A DNA stretch of 40,812 nucleotides from a virus (Duplodnaviria > Caudoviricetes): positions 1 through 40,812 of the IMG/VR virus record IMGVR_UViG_3300009193_000003; one strand, given 5' to 3'. The position numbers and the translations under genes are program-made. This document shows, piece by piece, positions 6,410 to 15,873 of the stretch. Numbering within the stretch: position 1 is the stretch's first letter; every line of letters starts with the position of its first letter. A model generated the notes under the pieces. It did not search any database. It had not been told where the DNA came from and worked only from the letters and a program-made list of their open reading frames with translations.

Positions 6410-7549
6410 ATGCCTAAGTTTATTCAGGAAAAACAAGAGCCATTTAAAAAGATAAAGGTAACGTTTATTGATGGTAGTTATATATTTGTCAGATTTAATT
6501 GCAAGGATGATTATGATCGGTATTCTTTCAGGTGTTTTAAGTTTAATTTTTGCAGTGTAACAGCACAGCGCGGTTTATTTTCAAACGTTACAGAGCAAAA
6601 GATAACAGATAAAACTAAGTCAATATGGTATCCATTTAAGTCACACTGGGGCCTAGCAAAAAACAGATGGCGCACAGATGAAAAAGTAAACCCTAAGTAC
6701 CCTGTTTACATTGTATCAAAAGGCAGGTCTGACAATGGATTGACAACTAAATCACTCGATAAAATGGGCGTGAATCACTATATTGTCGTTGAAGCACATG
6801 AGGCGGCAGAATATAAAGAAAAAACAAATGCAGAAATACTTGTACTCCCATCTAGATATTTAAATGATTACGATACGTGCGATGAATTAGGAAACACAAG
6901 AAGCAAAGGCCCAGGGGCTGCTCGTAATTTCTGCCTAGACCATTCCAAAAATAACGGATTTAATCGCCATTGGGTGATGGATGATAACTTAGATGCTTTT
7001 CATAGGCTGAATGATAATGAGAAATACGAGGTTGAAACAGGAGCGACATTAAGGGCAAGTGAGGATTTTGTTGATCGATACAGTAACGTACCAGTAGCAG
7101 GGCTTAACTATTACTCGTTTTGTAAAAAAACAGACAAAGTGCCACCATTTATAAAAAATACTAGAATTTATTCATGTCTGCTAATTGATAATAATGCAGG
7201 CTATAGGTGGAGAGGAAGATACAACGAAGATACTGACCTTTCATTGCGAGTTTTAAAGGATGGCTTATGCACAATTCAATTCAACGCTTTTCTTTGCGGA
7301 AAGGTTACAACCCAAAGAATGAAAGGCGGAAACACAAAGGAATTTTATGCAGAAGAGGGGACTTTGCCAAAATCACAAATGCTTGCAGATCTTCATCCAG
7401 ATGTTGCAAAAGTTAAATGGATGTTTAATAGATGGCATCACAAGGTTGATTATTCTGAATACAAAAAGAATAAACTTAAATTAATCTCACCGCAAAATGA
7501 TAGTGGCCCAAATAATTACGGCATGAAATTGATAAAGGAACGCGGCTAG
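6410..7549 (+). CDS. TAGT/GREB1-like GT-A DNA glycosyltransferase with an N-terminal accessory domain
   Basis: YPVYIVSKGR, GPGAARNF, HWVMDDN, NTRIYSCLLI, RWRGRYNEDTDLSL, MKGGNT, RWHHKVDY. Confidence 0.75.
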   Translation: MPKFIQEKQEPFKKIKVTFIDGSYIFVRFNCKDDYDRYSFRCFKFNFCSVTAQRGLFSNVTEQKITDKTKSIWYPFKSHWGLAKNRWRTDEKVNPKYPVYIVSKGRSDNGLTTKSLDKMGVNHYIVVEAHEAAEYKEKTNAEILVLPSRYLNDYDTCDELGNTRSKGPGAARNFCLDHSKNNGFNRHWVMDDNLDAFHRLNDNEKYEVETGATLRASEDFVDRYSNVPVAGLNYYSFCKKTDKVPPFIKNTRIYSCLLIDNNAGYRWRGRYNEDTDLSLRVLKDGLCTIQFNAFLCGKVTTQRMKGGNTKEFYAEEGTLPKSQMLADLHPDVAKVKWMFNRWHHKVDYSEYKKNKLKLISPQNDSGPNNYGMKLIKERG

Positions 7550-7567
7550 ATAGTTAGCCGCTATGGT

Positions 7568-8134
7568 TTATTTTTTAAATAGCTTACCAATTAAACCAGC
7601 TACCGGGTCAACTTTATGACCCTGCGCTGAGTTTAATTTATCTTTAGCTTCATCACGTAATACGCCGAAATAAGCGTTTAGCCAAACAACTAACGGTGCA
7701 ATTAACACTCCTGCAAACATATAGCTATTTTCTATTTTAGAAATCATTTCAACATCACCAGTAACGACAGCAAACAACCAGCCGAATACGAAAGCTATTG
7801 TTGTTGCACCCACCACTTGCCAAGCTTGATAAGCTATCTTAGGTCGCGTGGTGTGCTTTGATTGTGCGTTAGCTTGTAACATTACCTGAAGCGTATTGTA
7901 AGCCTCCATTTTAACGTCGAATTCTTTTTCTAATAGACTTGCTCGCTGTTCAGGTGGTAATGAGTTTAAAGCGCTATTAGCTTGCTCTACCGTTGCTGTT
8001 TCTGGTAGTTGTTTATCACCCGGTAAGAATTCATTTATCCCGGCCACGATTAGCGAGCCTGTACCTGGTAGTAGCGTTTGAATTAACCCACTACCTACTG
8101 TTTTTAATATATCGCCTAGTTTCATAATCATCAC
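7568..8134 (-). CDS. Membrane protein, putative holin
   Basis: N-terminal amphipathic segment, TRPKIAY followed by two TM helices ending AYFG; own extended -10 at 8151-8159. Confidence 0.55.
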   Translation of the reverse strand: MMIMKLGDILKTVGSGLIQTLLPGTGSLIVAGINEFLPGDKQLPETATVEQANSALNSLPPEQRASLLEKEFDVKMEAYNTLQVMLQANAQSKHTTRPKIAYQAWQVVGATTIAFVFGWLFAVVTGDVEMISKIENSYMFAGVLIAPLVVWLNAYFGVLRDEAKDKLNSAQGHKVDPVAGLIGKLFKK

Positions 8135-8185
8135 CTCATTTGTTTTGAGTATTTTAACATAGTTGAGATTTAATTGAATTAAAGC

Positions 8186-8214
8186 TTGCGTTACATGTAA
8201 CAGTGTATTATAGT
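8186..8214 (+). promoter_or_regulatory. Sigma70 promoter with palindromic operator
   Basis: TTGCGT-17-TATAGT; palindrome GTTACATGTAAC at 8190-8201. Confidence 0.65.
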
Positions 8215-8245
8215 TACTGCATCAACAACGAAACGGCAGAAAAAA

Positions 8246-8422
8246 ATGAAAAAACTTACTGAAATGCAAAAAAACTTTATTATTAACTCAGTATTGAACA
8301 GCGGCGACACTATGGATCAAGCAGAAGCTAAAGTAGCAAAAAAGGAACTGGAAATTAACAAACCTAAAAAGCAAGCATTTAACTGGTCTATTAATGAAGA
8401 AGATGAAAGCGGCATGATGTAA
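8246..8422 (+). CDS. Small hypothetical protein (58 aa, not in ORF track)
   Basis: MKKLTEMQKNFIINSV...ESGMM*; first gene after the promoter. Confidence 0.6.
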   Translation: MKKLTEMQKNFIINSVLNSGDTMDQAEAKVAKKELEINKPKKQAFNWSINEEDESGMM

Positions 8423-8571
8423 TGAGTAACGAAAGAGTTAAGCAATACCGACTTAGGCAAAAAGAACTAGGTCGGTTAAAGCGTGAATACTACGTAACAG
8501 ATAGCGAGCATATCGCTATCAAAGCAAAAATTAAATCAATGAGAGGTAAAAATGAACAAGCTAATAAATGA
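8422..8571 (+). CDS. Small basic, probably DNA-binding protein (49 aa, not in ORF track)
   Basis: MSNERVKQYRLRQKELGRLKREYYVTDSEHIAIKAKI; TAATG coupling. Confidence 0.6.
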   Translation: MSNERVKQYRLRQKELGRLKREYYVTDSEHIAIKAKIKSMRGKNEQANK

Positions 8572-8773
8572 CATTAAGCATATACCTGATTTTTACAAAT
8601 CTATTTTAATGCTAATAGTTATGATTGCATATGTATTCCTACCGCCAGTTTTCAGCGATAAAAGCTATATATATGCAATGAGTGACTGGTTGCCGGTTGC
8701 TTTCGGTGCTTTTTTAAGTGCGTTAGTTTTAGGTTGTTGGATTGGTAAGTGTGCCGAGAGTGAGAGTAAATAA
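8552..8773 (+). CDS. Two-TM membrane protein
   Basis: Two hydrophobic helices; GAGG SD. Confidence 0.7.
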   Translation: MNKLINDIKHIPDFYKSILMLIVMIAYVFLPPVFSDKSYIYAMSDWLPVAFGAFLSALVLGCWIGKCAESESK

Positions 8774-8854
8774 CCTAAAGCACAGACGCAAAATAAAGCG
8801 TTAGTGAAGAATGAACGGTAAACTGTTTTCGTCATTTGATTGCAGTTGTTAGGC
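8768..8854 (-). mobile_element. attC-like site D
   Basis: Minus strand GCCTAAC AACTGCAATCAAATGAC...GCGTCTGTGCTTTAG GTTATTT. Confidence 0.6.
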
Positions 8855-8871
8855 AGATTGACGAGGTTGAT

Positions 8872-9066
8872 ATGGAACTATATTCACATGACAGATACAA
8901 AGGCTATTTGCTTTTTGTTGAATGTTACGACATGCAAGTTGAAGATTATTGGCTATACGAGGGTATAGCCCAGTTGAATGGCACAACAATATTTACAAGC
9001 AAAAGTATTATTAGCGGTGCTAATGCAGAATTACAGTTAAAAGCGCAGATTGATGAATCTGCCTAA
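8872..9066 (+). CDS. Hypothetical protein in a cassette-like unit
   Basis: GAGG SD then ATG 8872; flanked by complementary GTTAGGCAGATT and AATCTGCCTAAC. Confidence 0.7.
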   Translation: MELYSHDRYKGYLLFVECYDMQVEDYWLYEGIAQLNGTTIFTSKSIISGANAELQLKAQIDESA

Positions 9067-9107
9067 CCTTTATGTTAAGCGCGTTGCGCAATAATTAGGA
9101 GTACAAA

Positions 9108-9326
9108 ATGATTAAAGGGCACTATAACGAAGAAGCAATCAGAAAAAAACAACCAACTGTAAGCAATCCGCTTGAACATGTTGTTAGCAGTGAATTGCGT
9201 AACGCTATAAGAGAAATAAGCACGATAGTTAGGAGTAATTCATTATCTGGGAAAATGAGCGTTTGTGATGATGAGCTGTTTAGATTGGTAAGATTGTGCG
9301 GAATAGCTAAAAGGTTAACAAGGTAA
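9108..9326 (+). CDS. Hypothetical protein translated through attC-like site F
   Basis: AGGAG SD; 72 aa. Confidence 0.65.
   Translation: MIKGHYNEEAIRKKQPTVSNPLEHVVSSELRNAIREISTIVRSNSLSGKMSVCDDELFRLVRLCGIAKRLTR
9122..9189 (-). mobile_element. attC-like site F (chimeric arms)
   Basis: Minus strand TGCTAAC AACATGTTCAAGCGGAT...CTGATTGCTTCTTC GTTATAG. Confidence 0.5.
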
Positions 9327-9473
9327 TTCCTGCTAACACTGCTACTAACGTGAATTATTCCGTATTTCACACATTAGACCAGATTAATTAAATTACTGTT
9401 AAATATGGACAATTAAAATATATCACGTTTTTTACGGTGAAATACGGATTTAATTAAATAACGGAGAATAAAA

Positions 9474-9593
9474 ATGAATGATAAAACAGATAGACGAAGA
9501 AATGAGCGAGTGACAGCAGAATCTAGAAAGGTTTATATTGTTGCTACTGTAATTATATGTGCGTGCTTGGCTTGGTTAAGGTGGAGCGTATAA
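9474..9593 (+). CDS. Small single-TM protein (39 aa, not in ORF track)
   Basis: GGAG SD; MNDKTDRRRNERVTAESRKVYIVATVIICACLAWLRWSV*. Confidence 0.55.
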   Translation: MNDKTDRRRNERVTAESRKVYIVATVIICACLAWLRWSV

Positions 9594-9835
9594 TGATTGA
9601 ATCACTAAGAAAAATCGGCATGATTGAAATGCCTAAAGTTAAACTGCCATCAAAATGCACGATAGATGAAGTTGCTAAAAAAGAGGCTATGAGATTGCTG
9701 AGGTTAAATGCTCGCGTTAAAGATATTGTAGAGATTACAGGTATACATAGATCTTCTATACTGCGCTACCAGAGCGATATGAAACAAGCCGCTCGTAGTA
9801 AGCGCACGAATAGCGCTATGGTTTATGTTGAATAG
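9593..9835 (+). CDS. HTH DNA-binding protein
   Basis: AMRLLRLNARVKDIVEITGIHRSSILRY; start 9593 after GGAG. Confidence 0.65.
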   Translation: MIESLRKIGMIEMPKVKLPSKCTIDEVAKKEAMRLLRLNARVKDIVEITGIHRSSILRYQSDMKQAARSKRTNSAMVYVE

Positions 9836-9850
9836 AAAGCAGGGGTAATT

Positions 9851-10294
9851 ATGAAAGTATGGCTAGCTAAAACAGCTAATAATAAATTATGGCCTTGTGA
9901 TGAGCTAGCCGAAACCAAGCTATCTAAAATCCCAGTAGGTGAGGAATTCGAATGGTCAGTAAATACTAAGCAAAACGGTAAACTGCATAGGAAAATATTC
10001 GCGTTTTTCGCTTTTTGCACTAAGCATTATTACGGTGATGAAGAGGCAGCAAAGGACGAGTATAGCGTTGATTTTGTGCGTAAACGCTTAACTGTATTCG
10101 CAGGTTACTATAAGCAAGTTTGGACACGTGACGGTGATAAGTTCGAGCTAGTGCCGCTATCAATTGCATACGATAAAATGACACCAGAGCAACGTGGAGA
10201 GTTTTATAAAAAAATAGTTGATGCAGCTTTGAAGCACGTATTCGATCGCACCAATGACGATCGAATACTTAACGAGTTGGTTAATTGGTTTTAG
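9851..10294 (+). CDS. DUF1367/NinB-like protein
   Basis: NGKLHRKIFAFF...VRKRLTVFAGYY...PLSIAYDKMTPEQRGEFY. Confidence 0.75.
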   Translation: MKVWLAKTANNKLWPCDELAETKLSKIPVGEEFEWSVNTKQNGKLHRKIFAFFAFCTKHYYGDEEAAKDEYSVDFVRKRLTVFAGYYKQVWTRDGDKFELVPLSIAYDKMTPEQRGEFYKKIVDAALKHVFDRTNDDRILNELVNWF

Positions 10295-10304
10295 GGCGCC
10301 TCAA

Positions 10305-12518
10305 TTAAATGTTATTCATACTTATAACTGTATCAACAGTGTTTAACCATGGTGTGATTGACTCCATGCTTACCGCCAATCCTTGTGAGACAGTGAAATG
10401 CTGTGCAATTGCGTTGGTGTTAGTGTATAAGGCACAGCCACGTTCCATTGGAGCTGAAGATCCATATTTACCGACCACCTGCCTTGATGCACTAAGAGCA
10501 TCGCATATAGAGTAAACGCCAACATCAAAACCACCTGAAGCAGGATCTTCTATTATTCTTATAGATATATTTACTGACTGCCCCGATTGTGAAATCTTAC
10601 TTATATTGCCAACAGTATTAAACCTGTTTTTCAACCCTTGCCCTTCTATTAGCTGCAATGGGAATGGGTAGTCATGAAAATCTAAAGCTTCTTTCTTAGA
10701 TGTTACACTTAACCCCATGTCACTAGCTATAGCCTGAGCTGCCCATCTTGCGCCCTCTGCTTTTGGATGTGATGTATCGCTGAATAAGAAAGACGAGTCA
10801 ACTTGATAAAACCCAGGATTATATTCAACTTTAACAAAATCGTCCCTTGTTAAATAATCAGGCAAGCCTATGTAAGTGCCTTGTGCCTCTTGCGCCGCTC
10901 TGCGTAGTGCAACCCTAACCGGATTATCTTGATCTACCCACCAACAAAAATCTGCAACAAATAGCGTTGTGTTGTATTTCAAGCAATACTCAATAATCCA
11001 ATCTATACGCTGATTAAAGTTAGCAGCGTATACTGGATCTAAGGCAGCGTCTCCATAATCATTATGACCAAGAGCTAAAACCAAAGTTGCACCTCTACAA
11101 CAGTAGTCAATCATTTGTTCAGTTGCAGGCTCTAATCTGCGACCTGATTGACTAAAGTTCTGTATATTGTTTTTTGTGCCTGTTTCGTAACCTATACCGG
11201 CAAACGTAACAGTGCCGCTAACAACCTTTACTACTATTTGGCACTTTCCATAGCCGTTATCAAGCATAGATGTTGCTACAGAAGTGCTAACATCTCTTGT
11301 GCCTGACGTGTCAACTTGTACAGCAGCGCCACCGTTGATTGTGTATTCGAAGATACCGCCTGATGGATCTGTTACATACCACAATCTAACAATTTCTTGA
11401 AATGTTGGCACTGTAAACGTTATTGAATCATTAGCGGCACTAGACTGAAAAGCTAGCCCTTGCATGATGTCCTCGCCACCACTTGTTGACTCTAAGCCTA
11501 CCCAAGAGTTACCAGCGCTAAATATAACGTCATGCACCTCAGTAGTGACTATAGGTGTGTTCCACCCTAGCATAGGCGCATACCCGTAACCGCCCACACC
11601 AGATTCAGCTCTAATACAGCGTTTTACGATATTAACCATTCCGTCTTGATATAAATTACCCTGAAATGCACCGTGGCTTATTGAGTCTCCTAGCCAAATT
11701 ACTGAATTTTCTAGTCCTTTCGGCACGTCATCTCTGTACCTTGGATCAAACCAAACTTTTTTTAAGTTAAAGCTAGCTGATCTTGCGCCTTGTGGTTTTG
11801 TTCTTGTATTGTATATTTGCTTATATTCTTTACCTGCAACAATGAAAGACCCATTGTAGTATTTGTTATTACTTGGTTGCGCGGTAACTACAAAATTATT
11901 CCCAAGCAGGTCTATATCATGATCAAATTCAAGCCCATCAAAATATGTCAATAGCACTGTATCATCAGCAACACCGTCACCAATAACGCCAACTTGAAAA
12001 GGATTTAAGTCGTCTTCTACTAACTCAGCATAAAACGCACCAGTCATAACAGGAGATTTTATGCTATCAGGGCTAGTTCCTGCTCGTTTGATGTATTTTG
12101 CGCCACCTTTGTTTGACGATGTATTGTGAACTGTGGTCTTCATGACTTTACCTATGGGTAAGTCACTATCTAGAGACATTGTAGCCACAGTATCAAAAAC
12201 ATAAGGTAGTGATGGGTTACTTATCATTGCGCTAGGCAGTGTGCCCACTGTAACCCCAGCATCAACAGGAACGGTTTGAGACTCATAAACAGCATTGTAT
12301 TGTGCTGCTTCAGCATAAAATGTAAACTGACCGTTACTATCCGCTTTGGCGCCAGTTTGCGTGATTGGAATCAAACCTTCTTGATCTTCGTAAATAGTCG
12401 ATAAACTTCCGCTAGTGCCGTTAGCTAGGCGCTCTCTAATCTCGATAGGAGCATCAGGGATAACGTTGTAAGGGTTATCCTGTTTTGTGTAAATTGTTAC
12501 TGTATATGGAGATAGCAT
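10305..12518 (-). CDS. Tailspike/tail fibre with SGNH (GDSL) hydrolase domain
   Basis: Last tail gene; GDGVADDT, LGDSISHG, LGHND and DTSHP motifs. Confidence 0.8.
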   Translation of the reverse strand: MLSPYTVTIYTKQDNPYNVIPDAPIEIRERLANGTSGSLSTIYEDQEGLIPITQTGAKADSNGQFTFYAEAAQYNAVYESQTVPVDAGVTVGTLPSAMISNPSLPYVFDTVATMSLDSDLPIGKVMKTTVHNTSSNKGGAKYIKRAGTSPDSIKSPVMTGAFYAELVEDDLNPFQVGVIGDGVADDTVLLTYFDGLEFDHDIDLLGNNFVVTAQPSNNKYYNGSFIVAGKEYKQIYNTRTKPQGARSASFNLKKVWFDPRYRDDVPKGLENSVIWLGDSISHGAFQGNLYQDGMVNIVKRCIRAESGVGGYGYAPMLGWNTPIVTTEVHDVIFSAGNSWVGLESTSGGEDIMQGLAFQSSAANDSITFTVPTFQEIVRLWYVTDPSGGIFEYTINGGAAVQVDTSGTRDVSTSVATSMLDNGYGKCQIVVKVVSGTVTFAGIGYETGTKNNIQNFSQSGRRLEPATEQMIDYCCRGATLVLALGHNDYGDAALDPVYAANFNQRIDWIIEYCLKYNTTLFVADFCWWVDQDNPVRVALRRAAQEAQGTYIGLPDYLTRDDFVKVEYNPGFYQVDSSFLFSDTSHPKAEGARWAAQAIASDMGLSVTSKKEALDFHDYPFPLQLIEGQGLKNRFNTVGNISKISQSGQSVNISIRIIEDPASGGFDVGVYSICDALSASRQVVGKYGSSAPMERGCALYTNTNAIAQHFTVSQGLAVSMESITPWLNTVDTVISMNNI

Positions 12519-15070
12519 TATGATCTTCTTCCTTTGATGTTTATGGGGTTATTGCCCGAAGTTATTGTAACATTATTACCGTTTGAAACTATGGCAAAGC
12601 CCGTAAGCCCTCCCAATATTCCATCATTTGATTTTCCGCTTTCGCCAAACTTGCCGCCGTAATTATTACCTAATATTCCGTTTGATCCTACATTACCATT
12701 AGGGCCATTAATTCCTGTATCTATTATACCACTTCCATCTAATTCAACAGTACCTCCATTACTCAACCCTGAGTTAGTATACCCCTGACCGCCCGGACCT
12801 CCATTCCCCGCCTTTGAATATATTGGGTTTACGTTATTTTCCCCTACTGATTTCTCTCCAGATGCGCCACCGCCACCAGCCCATATGGCACCAGAGCCAA
12901 CGTTTATAGTGCAATCAACTGTTGCCTCAAATACATTTCCACCATCAAAACCCGCACTACCAGTTTTTGAAAATATACCTGGATTATCTTCCTTGAGGGG
13001 CATGAACAAGTTGCCACCACCGCCACCCCTGCCGCCTTTTGACAGTATCGAGCCTCTGATTATGAACTCAAAACTAACGCCTGAAGCTTGTGCACCTGTG
13101 GTAAAAGCGAATAATGAAGTTGATGTTGAGCCTATTGTTACACCAGTATTTATAAGTACTATATAATGCCCTGCCGTTGGTGCAAATTCAGCGGATAAGT
13201 CGTAATTCTCTTTGTTTTCGTCAATTGTAAAGTCAACATTAACACCGATTAACGGATCTTGATAAAGCCTAAAATCAACCTTGTATTTCATACTACCTAA
13301 GTCTTTCATACTTAAAACTTGGTAGTTTTTAGATTGTGCTGATCCGTCCTTGTTTACTCTTTTACTACTTGCTATTGTCGCTATTGAACCGTTTTCCAAT
13401 ACGCTACCTTGAGTTTCAAAAACACTTTCTATATCTAGGTTTAAAGATAAGTCGTATGGCAATTCTTGCGCCCTATCTAGCGCCCGTTGAGCTATAGAAG
13501 TCCCGACAACCACATCTTCATTACTTGTCGTTAACCATCGATTGAAAAATATATCTTTTTCGTTTGTCTCGCCTTGAAATTTCGGCAATTCATTAGTTAA
13601 ATTTATAGCCTGAAAAACAATTGAAAAGTTTTCCTCGTCCGTTGTTTTTGTAATATCATTAGGCGCCCAAGCAGTCGAGTATCGAGTATATTGCTCTTTC
13701 GGTAGCCTAGTAAACTTAATGCTGCCACGCTCAATGTGATCTTCTTCATTTAAAAATATAGGCGTTTGTGTAGCATCGCCAACAAGTTTTATTTTTATTT
13801 TTTGGTTTTCTTCGTCGTAATAAACAACCAGATCACCGTTTTTAATTAACTCGTTAATTAATGTTTTTACTGATGTTGATTTAGAGATATAAGCCGTTAA
13901 AGTTATCGTTGATGTTGCTGCGATAACATCAGTGTAATCATCTAAAAATACTGATTTTATTGGTGTATAGTTTTCAATCATATCTACGATAATTTCAACT
14001 ACATTCACGTTGTCGTAAAATAAAACCTTTTGGATTGTGGAATTTATTGAATGGTCTTTTACTTCTGTTCCACCAACTCCACGATTAACAATGGTTAATA
14101 CAAACTCGCTCAACACCGTACACTCGATAACCTCAGAATCTATACGCACGTAAACCGTTCCGCTTGCTGAGTAATCGAATCCAGGTGCGCTAGTGTAAGT
14201 TATTTCTGTACTGGATAATTCAACGATAGCGGATAAAACGCCCTGCGATGCAATAGGGGCCTTTGAAACTTTATCGTCAGCTAATATCAGCGGATCTAAT
14301 GCTGATATACGCAAAGAGCCATTCGATTCGTTTATCGAGTCAATAACATATTCACGCCTAATAAAATTATCAGGATTATAATTTAATGGATCAAAACCTG
14401 TTTCGATTATTAATGGGCGTCCCTCTATATTGGGGTGACGCTCGAAAATCTTTTTCCATAAAGTCCCATCGCTTGTTCTTCTGTCAGCATAGGGGACGTA
14501 AGTGTCGCCCTCAACATGGTCCAAAAGCGTTAAAGATACTTTCGCCCTACTGCCAATTGTTTGCCCAGGGTCAACTTTTGCAGGAGTATGCGACCATGAG
14601 CTAAAGCCGTTAAAATAAATCTTAGACCAATCTAATTGAGCAGATGGAAATACAAAGTCTTTGTATAAATCTGCTTGATATGAGTCACCGCTACTACAAG
14701 TCTGTGCAAAGCCGTAGCATGAACCATCAACTTCTCCAGAGTGCTTTATATCTGCAACTCCTGCATCATGACTAGTATCAGTAGTGCCGAATTTACCTCG
14801 AGAAATTATAGTTAACTCAGTATTTGAAATTACATCTATTTCTATTATCTCATCGTCTATCAATAAAAAAGGATCAGAAATAATGAATGACTCAGCATTG
14901 CCGCCAGTGATAGCAACTGAACCGGTATACCCTGCACTTAAAGCACCAGTTAACGTTACCCGACCATCAATAACTGACTGTGCTGTCGTGTGTCTGCAAG
15001 CATCTAATTTCACGGTAGCAATGACAGCAATGTCTTGACCTGCCAATGATTTTAAACTGTTAATTGTCAT
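12518..15070 (-). CDS. Tail tip/hub protein with Gly-rich C-terminus
   Basis: 850 aa, downstream of tape measure and distal tail genes; GGRGGGGG and WAGGGASG. Confidence 0.75.
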   Translation of the reverse strand: MTINSLKSLAGQDIAVIATVKLDACRHTTAQSVIDGRVTLTGALSAGYTGSVAITGGNAESFIISDPFLLIDDEIIEIDVISNTELTIISRGKFGTTDTSHDAGVADIKHSGEVDGSCYGFAQTCSSGDSYQADLYKDFVFPSAQLDWSKIYFNGFSSWSHTPAKVDPGQTIGSRAKVSLTLLDHVEGDTYVPYADRRTSDGTLWKKIFERHPNIEGRPLIIETGFDPLNYNPDNFIRREYVIDSINESNGSLRISALDPLILADDKVSKAPIASQGVLSAIVELSSTEITYTSAPGFDYSASGTVYVRIDSEVIECTVLSEFVLTIVNRGVGGTEVKDHSINSTIQKVLFYDNVNVVEIIVDMIENYTPIKSVFLDDYTDVIAATSTITLTAYISKSTSVKTLINELIKNGDLVVYYDEENQKIKIKLVGDATQTPIFLNEEDHIERGSIKFTRLPKEQYTRYSTAWAPNDITKTTDEENFSIVFQAINLTNELPKFQGETNEKDIFFNRWLTTSNEDVVVGTSIAQRALDRAQELPYDLSLNLDIESVFETQGSVLENGSIATIASSKRVNKDGSAQSKNYQVLSMKDLGSMKYKVDFRLYQDPLIGVNVDFTIDENKENYDLSAEFAPTAGHYIVLINTGVTIGSTSTSLFAFTTGAQASGVSFEFIIRGSILSKGGRGGGGGNLFMPLKEDNPGIFSKTGSAGFDGGNVFEATVDCTINVGSGAIWAGGGGASGEKSVGENNVNPIYSKAGNGGPGGQGYTNSGLSNGGTVELDGSGIIDTGINGPNGNVGSNGILGNNYGGKFGESGKSNDGILGGLTGFAIVSNGNNVTITSGNNPINIKGRRS

Positions 15071-15873
15071 TAAATATACCCGTTAATTTCTAGTGAAATA
15101 TTAGCATAGAGGCTAGATGAATAAGTCGGCTTTGTTAGGTTTTTCCAATTCTGTAATCCATAGATGGTTTCATCTTTATTTTTTGACCATTTAAAATAAA
15201 TAGGTTTGCTGTCTAAAACATGGTTAGAAAAACCACCCCACCATTTATCAAGATAATCAAACTTTATAAATCTAAAGTTAGCTTTTGCTTGGTTGCCTTT
15301 TTTCTCTCTACGCCCTACCAGAAAATTATTTCCTTCGGTAGTGAATTGCTCAACAGTATCAAGCGAAGCAAACTTAGAAGGCTGAAAGCCTATACTTGGT
15401 GTGCGCGGCATCACAATGGCTTTACCAATATTGATAGAGCCAATGTATAGCTTACTAGTAAAGTTAAGCGTTAAACGCTGTTTAGCACTCTCTAAATCTT
15501 GACCAAAATAACTAATAAACGGCTTGTTGTTTTTCAAACTTGCGAACTCAGAAACAACTTCATAACCTAAACCAGAATCAACCTCTAGCATTCCAGACAA
15601 GCCGGCATCTTGCGAGTTATGAACAGCAAAAGCAAAATAATTAATAGTTTCAACATTTGATTGAGTGAATAAAATTGTCACTGTGCCGCTATCAATAGAT
15701 GGTGAATATTTAGTGTTATCTCGATAATCCAAAGCATTTAAAAATGTGAAGTCGCTATCTTCATTTTGTCCAGTATATGCTGAAGTTGGCAAAATAGAGT
15801 CATAAGCAATTAAACTAAAATCATTCTTTGCCGCGATACTTTGCGCTGTTGTGTCTACTACGATAATAGCCAT
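15070..15873 (-). CDS. Distal tail protein (putative)
   Basis: Immediately after the tape measure gene; beta-rich. Confidence 0.65.
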   Translation of the reverse strand: MAIIVVDTTAQSIAAKNDFSLIAYDSILPTSAYTGQNEDSDFTFLNALDYRDNTKYSPSIDSGTVTILFTQSNVETINYFAFAVHNSQDAGLSGMLEVDSGLGYEVVSEFASLKNNKPFISYFGQDLESAKQRLTLNFTSKLYIGSINIGKAIVMPRTPSIGFQPSKFASLDTVEQFTTEGNNFLVGRREKKGNQAKANFRFIKFDYLDKWWGGFSNHVLDSKPIYFKWSKNKDETIYGLQNWKNLTKPTYSSSLYANISLEINGYI

